IMG/VR virus record: IMGVR_UViG_3300005805_000018
Coordinates: 1 to 29,553 of that record
DNA: 29,553 nt
Strand: one strand, 5' to 3'
Source: a virus
Lineage: Duplodnaviria > Caudoviricetes
Below are positions 25,846 through 29,553 of this stretch, one piece after another. Under the pieces are notes generated by a model. That model did not search any database. It was given only the letters and a program-made list of their open reading frames with translations, and had not been told where the DNA came from. The position numbers and the translations under genes are program-made. Within the stretch, counting starts at the first letter, position 1; every line of letters begins with the position of its first letter.

Positions 25846-26888
25846 CATTCTTGATCATATACTGACCAATCGAACTTTATTCGAAATCCCGTTTTCCCAA
25901 AAACGATATCACTCAATTCATTGGGATCAATAAACCTCGTAGATCTAAATCCATCGTGTTCGTGAAAATATTTGATCTTCTTCTTTTTCAAATGACCGAT
26001 AACTGATTTCATTACTAAACTCTCTAACATCTGATAGTAATTGGTTTTATCTACACCTCTTATTCTACGGGATTTCTCTTTGCCATCAATAATCTCAGTT
26101 CCAGTATCAATTTTTACTCGTAATATTGACCACATCACACGAATATCTCTCTGAAGTTCTTGAATATAGGGATTTCGTCTTATTTGATTCATCTTATAGG
26201 TATTTCCTCCCAATATGGCCAAAATGCGATTATGTTCATAATAGGGATTCATTCGTGCTCCTTGAAATAGGCCATTTAGAATTTGTTTAATCACTGCTTC
26301 CCCAATATTCAATTTGATACTCAATTCCGTTCGTATTTCTTTTTTGAATTCAATATAAGCCTCAATGGCTTCGAGATGTAAAGGTGTCAAATGGATTCGT
26401 TGTGCTTGTTGATATAATAGTGTTGGGGCACAACACTCAATATCATAATCATAGGGATAACCTCGTTGGCTCCATTGATCTGCTTTATGTCTTCTTGCTA
26501 TATATTGTAAGGTATGAAAACTACGCCATTCTGCTTGATTCATTTCAAAATCACCTGATGCTATTTGATCTTCACATTGATCAAATCGAGCCTCGATACG
26601 CAGGAAGCGTAATTGTGTAGGTGGTAGTCCTAATAAACTGCGTAGATAATTTAGGTGTTGCTCATTTACACGATATTGCTTACTGAACTCACCTGGTTGA
26701 AATCTATCATTGATTTGAACTAATAGATATTTCTGTAGCCATCGACCGCTGGGGCTACTACCAAATGCTTGTGGATCACTTAATTTTTTGCTATGGATGC
26801 GTTGATCTTCCGCACCGATGTTTTGTTCAACCCATTCGATGACACGAAGGGCTAATCTTCGATTTCTCGAATCTTCTAAATTGATCAA
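25845..26888 (-). CDS. Minimal family-A-like polymerase (TV-Pol-like primase/polymerase or initiator) with a putative N-terminal wHTH
   Basis: Motif A YDYDIECCAP, motif B-like IKQILNGLFQG, QMLES helix, motif C HEHDGF; TTG start with AGGAG; no exonuclease domains. Confidence 0.65.
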   Translation of the reverse strand: MINLEDSRNRRLALRVIEWVEQNIGAEDQRIHSKKLSDPQAFGSSPSGRWLQKYLLVQINDRFQPGEFSKQYRVNEQHLNYLRSLLGLPPTQLRFLRIEARFDQCEDQIASGDFEMNQAEWRSFHTLQYIARRHKADQWSQRGYPYDYDIECCAPTLLYQQAQRIHLTPLHLEAIEAYIEFKKEIRTELSIKLNIGEAVIKQILNGLFQGARMNPYYEHNRILAILGGNTYKMNQIRRNPYIQELQRDIRVMWSILRVKIDTGTEIIDGKEKSRRIRGVDKTNYYQMLESLVMKSVIGHLKKKKIKYFHEHDGFRSTRFIDPNELSDIVFGKTGFRIKFDWSVYDQE

Positions 26889-26962
26889 TATTATCTCCTA
26901 AAAATAATAATTGGCGTTTTGATCTCGCAACAGATCAAATCGCAGTCTCCTTATCACAATAT

Positions 26963-26989
26963 TATTTATATAATAATTTAGAAAGTCAA
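26963..26989 (-). promoter_or_regulatory. Composite promoter: TTGACT -35 plus TATAAATA
   Basis: TTGACT at 26984-26989; exact T4 late consensus TATAAATA at 26963-26970. Confidence 0.65.
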
Positions 26990-27001
26990 GAAATAAGGGG
27001 T

Positions 27002-27031
27002 AAAATGAAAACCCCCCAATTGCTGGGGGGT
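27002..27031 (-). terminator. Rho-independent terminator
   Basis: acccccca-gcaat-tggggggt followed by TTTCATTTT. Confidence 0.85.
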
Positions 27032-27171
27032 CCGTGCCTATAAAATCAAACTTTAGGTAAATGAAAGACGCGGTAGATGTTGCGATTTAGGAGACTTCAA
27101 ATGACAAAGCAATATTATTTTTAGGATTGCGAAAACACAATTCAACAAGCATCATATGAAATATCTACCGC
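27003..27171 (-). ncRNA. Candidate ~170-nt structured antisense sRNA
   Basis: TAAATA at 27177-27182, closing stem 27160-27171/27070-27081, terminator, no long ORF, and segments complementary to the downstream leader. Confidence 0.55.
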
Positions 27172-27206
27172 ACAAGTATTTAGTTGGAGTTCTAAATACT
27201 CTATTA

Positions 27207-27419
27207 TTATACAATATTTTTATGACAGGTCAAACACTTTTTCTGCCAAAGAGGATCAGGCACACAGCGAATATAACCGGGATGTGTGACTCGCTTTGAG
27301 CAATAAAGACAGGCAGTACGCTTGGGCTCATAATATTGTATCCCATCACGCAATTGACGATAACGGGGTTGTAATACTTGACTGAGTATGATTTCAAATC
27401 GGGCTGGCCTCATAGCCAA
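27207..27419 (-). CDS. Small Zn-finger protein
   Basis: CLYC...CLTC; 70 aa; start could instead be the ATG at 27413. Confidence 0.6.
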   Translation of the reverse strand: MAMRPARFEIILSQVLQPRYRQLRDGIQYYEPKRTACLYCSKRVTHPGYIRCVPDPLWQKKCLTCHKNIV

Positions 27420-27431
27420 TTACTTACCCAA

Positions 27432-27653
27432 CTATCGAAGCAAAATGGCTAAAATCCCTAAACAGGCCAAAGTAATACCAATACCAAGCCCCTGAAAATA
27501 TCGACAGAATTTTCGATTATTTTGTTCAAATAAGGCCAAAATATCCTGAATTTTTGCCTCTAAATTCAGGATTTTTGCCTCTAAACCTCGGTAATTTTTT
27601 TCACAAGTATCTATGTGCTGTTCGAGGTCTCGTTTAAGTTTTGACTCAAACAT
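27432..27653 (-). CDS. Coiled-coil plus C-terminal TM protein (holin/XhlA-like candidate)
   Basis: TAATG overlap with the fibre stop; LEQHIDTCEKNY; hydrophobic C-terminus. Confidence 0.55.
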   Translation of the reverse strand: MFESKLKRDLEQHIDTCEKNYRGLEAKILNLEAKIQDILALFEQNNRKFCRYFQGLGIGITLACLGILAILLR

Positions 27654-29553
27654 TATCCAAGAGCGACCCAAGCACTACCATTATAAAATGCTACATAGGC
27701 AGTGGTAGTTGAGAATGTTGCTGGGTCCCAAGTGACTCCATCTGCTACTGCGATCGAACCAGTGACATAACCGACTGGTTGAGCAGTTTGAACTGGTAGA
27801 TTGAATAATGGAGCACTGATCTTGACCGATGCTGTGGTAAATTCAGTGATCGTGGTGATGACTGAACTCTTTTCTTCATAGATCTTGACCGAACCGCCAT
27901 TCTCTGTCTTGTTGATTCGAATCTTGGCTGAGTCTGCACCTCTTTGACCAGCAAGTAGTAGATCTGGTGCACCAAATATGCGAGCATCTGTGCCACCACC
28001 ACCAAAGTCGATCTGTTCATTGCGAATGAATATCACACCATAACTGGTATCACCCAAGCCCATATTGCCATCGCCGTCATCTTTGATCAACACACGATTG
28101 CTTGAATCTTGCACACGGGTAATTGTGGCTGTGGTGACTTCAATGGGCACTGAAAAATCAACTTGATTAGTTGTAGTGTTCCAAACGATAACACTACTAT
28201 CACCGTCGCTCTTATTGCGAACGGCAAACTCATTGGAAGTAAATCTTGCAGTTTGAATATTTTCAAATGACAAGACTTGATCATCCATACTCATTCGAGT
28301 CTGTTGATTTGTAGTGCCTGCACTTACGGTATCAAATAATAATCTGGTTCCCAATGCTGTAGTTGAAGCATTTTCTAACATACGAACTTTGATAGCGGCT
28401 ACGGTGTTGCCATTACCAGTATTAGAATCTGTGGTAGGAGTCTGCCATTGAATATCATAAACTGCATCATCTTGTATAAGTTTATTTCTACGAGCACTCA
28501 TACCACTACGGCGAACACCAACAAGACTGATGTAGTTTGTATTAGATAAGTTGAGATTATCAGCACTGCCGTCATTGGCCACACCAATTATGGTATGTTG
28601 TGCATTAACCCAAGTCACTGCCATCTTACCGTGGCCAGTATAGGTTGTGCCACCTGCTGCCGGTGTTAAAGTTGGATTGGTTCCAGCATTATCATTGAAG
28701 AACAAGTTTAGGGTTGGAGGAGCACCTGTGACCAAAGTCTGGCTGGTTCTCATCCACCAACGGCGGCTGGTTGAATTTAGTTGAATATCCTGTGGTTGAT
28801 CACGGAAGAACCAATTTACACCTGCGTTAGTAGTAGTCGAACCTGAATTAGTCCAAGCACCTGCTGCGGTCAATAATATCATACCTGGAGCAAATCCGCG
28901 ATCTACTTTGGTGCTGGCTGTGCCATCATAACCTGAAAACTCATATGCTCCAAGAGCATTGCCATTATTCATTGCTAATGGTGTGCTGGGTGTTCCTCTA
29001 TAACCTTCAAGTGTAATACTGGCCTGTGGTGTAGATGAACTGGTTCCACCTGATTGGTTTTGACCATAATCTCTTATTAGACCGCGACCGATTAGACCTG
29101 AAGTATAATTTGAAGCGTGAATCAGATATGGAGTTGAACCACTTCCTGTCCAATAACCTGTGCTGGCCAATGAATCACCACCAAGGACCGCACTACGGGC
29201 GATCTTGGTGCCACTATTCACGGTTAAGACATTTGTCACCGTTAGACTATTCACCGTGGCATCTGAATCAGTAGTAAATCCGCCTTGGGCACCTTGGCTA
29301 CCTTGTGAGCCTTGGCTACCTTGGAAGCCCTGTGCCCCAGCATCGCCTTGATGACCTTGGAAGCCCTGTGCCCCTGCGTCGCCTTGATGACCTTGGAAGC
29401 CTTGTGCCCCTGCGTCGCCTTGATGACCTTGGAAGCCTTGTGCCCCTGCGTCGCCTTGATGACCTTGATTGCCTTGATTTCCCTGATTACCTTGGAAGCC
29501 TTGTGCCCCTGCGTCGCCTTGATGACCTTGATTGCCTTGATTTCCCTGATTAC
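27653..29553 (-). CDS. 3' part of the collagen-repeat tail fibre (starts at 913 across the junction)
   Basis: Frame is open from the window end through (GxQ)n to the TAA at 27653; RGTPSTP..LG.YEFSGYDG fibre motif. Confidence 0.85.
   Translation of the reverse strand, partial: NQGNQGNQGHQGDAGAQGFQGNQGNQGNQGHQGDAGAQGFQGHQGDAGAQGFQGHQGDAGAQGFQGHQGDAGAQGFQGSQGSQGSQGAQGGFTTDSDATVNSLTVTNVLTVNSGTKIARSAVLGGDSLASTGYWTGSGSTPYLIHASNYTSGLIGRGLIRDYGQNQSGGTSSSTPQASITLEGYRGTPSTPLAMNNGNALGAYEFSGYDGTASTKVDRGFAPGMILLTAAGAWTNSGSTTTNAGVNWFFRDQPQDIQLNSTSRRWWMRTSQTLVTGAPPTLNLFFNDNAGTNPTLTPAAGGTTYTGHGKMAVTWVNAQHTIIGVANDGSADNLNLSNTNYISLVGVRRSGMSARRNKLIQDDAVYDIQWQTPTTDSNTGNGNTVAAIKVRMLENASTTALGTRLLFDTVSAGTTNQQTRMSMDDQVLSFENIQTARFTSNEFAVRNKSDGDSSVIVWNTTTNQVDFSVPIEVTTATITRVQDSSNRVLIKDDGDGNMGLGDTSYGVIFIRNEQIDFGGGGTDARIFGAPDLLLAGQRGADSAKIRINKTENGGSVKIYEEKSSVITTITEFTTASVKISAPLFNLPVQTAQPVGYVTGSIAVADGVTWDPATFSTTTAYVAFYNGSAWVALG
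29283..29553 (-). repeat. Collagen-like tandem repeat with 9-, 36- and 63-bp periodicities
   Basis: Units encoding GAQGFQGHQGDA and GNQGNQGNQ. Confidence 0.92.

Noticed and set aside
27089-27124. Plus-strand AGGAG + ATG mini-ORF MTKQYYF
   Set aside because: Only 7 codons, and the flanking promoter and terminator point the other way. It is more simply the mirror of anti-SD sequences in the sRNA. It is not fully excluded, since the enclosing stem pairs slightly better on the plus strand.
27550-27585. 15-bp direct repeat atttttgcctctaaa
   Set aside because: 21-bp period encoding a coiled-coil heptad duplication (LEAKI x2); no regulatory signal evident
1752-29351. Plus-strand ORFs in the track (e.g. 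10841..11446, 6373..6789, 14001..14297)
   Set aside because: They are antisense shadows of well-supported minus-strand genes and have no recognisable motifs
29283-29553. Possible CRISPR array
   Set aside because: No unique spacers; the periods are multiples of 9 and encode G-x-Q collagen in an open frame
1-29553. Alternative genetic code or tRNA genes
   Set aside because: Genes tile densely in the standard code with TAA, TGA and TAG all used as stops; no tRNA cloverleaf with a T-loop consensus was noticed

Overview
The window looks like an essentially complete, circularly assembled ~29.5 kb siphovirus-type phage genome. Bases 1-51 equal 29503-29553, and one collagen-repeat tail fibre ORF reads in frame across the junction. 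All credible genes are on the minus strand. Transcription order: small Zn-finger gene, candidate structured ncRNA, stand-alone family-A-like (TV-Pol-like) polymerase, candidate origin, early hypotheticals, two HNH-like genes, sigma70-driven morons, terS, repeat-bounded cassettes with a DNA methyltransferase, terL, portal, micro-ORFs, scaffold, major capsid, adaptor, tail terminator, major tail, frameshifted chaperones, tape measure, Dit, hub, GNAT, tail tip, fibres, putative holin. I could not recognise an integrase, repressor, helicase, classical primase, sigma factor or endolysin. The most notable signals are three. (1) A ~170-nt transcription unit with its own promoter and terminator that carries several antisense matches to the leader and Shine-Dalgarno of the adjacent polymerase gene. 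(2) A T4-late-like TAAATA element in most intergenic gaps although no cognate sigma factor is visible, which hints at helper dependence or a novel late-transcription mechanism. (3) A minimal PolA-fold replicon with iteron-like repeats. All protein calls come from motif reading and synteny, not from database searches.
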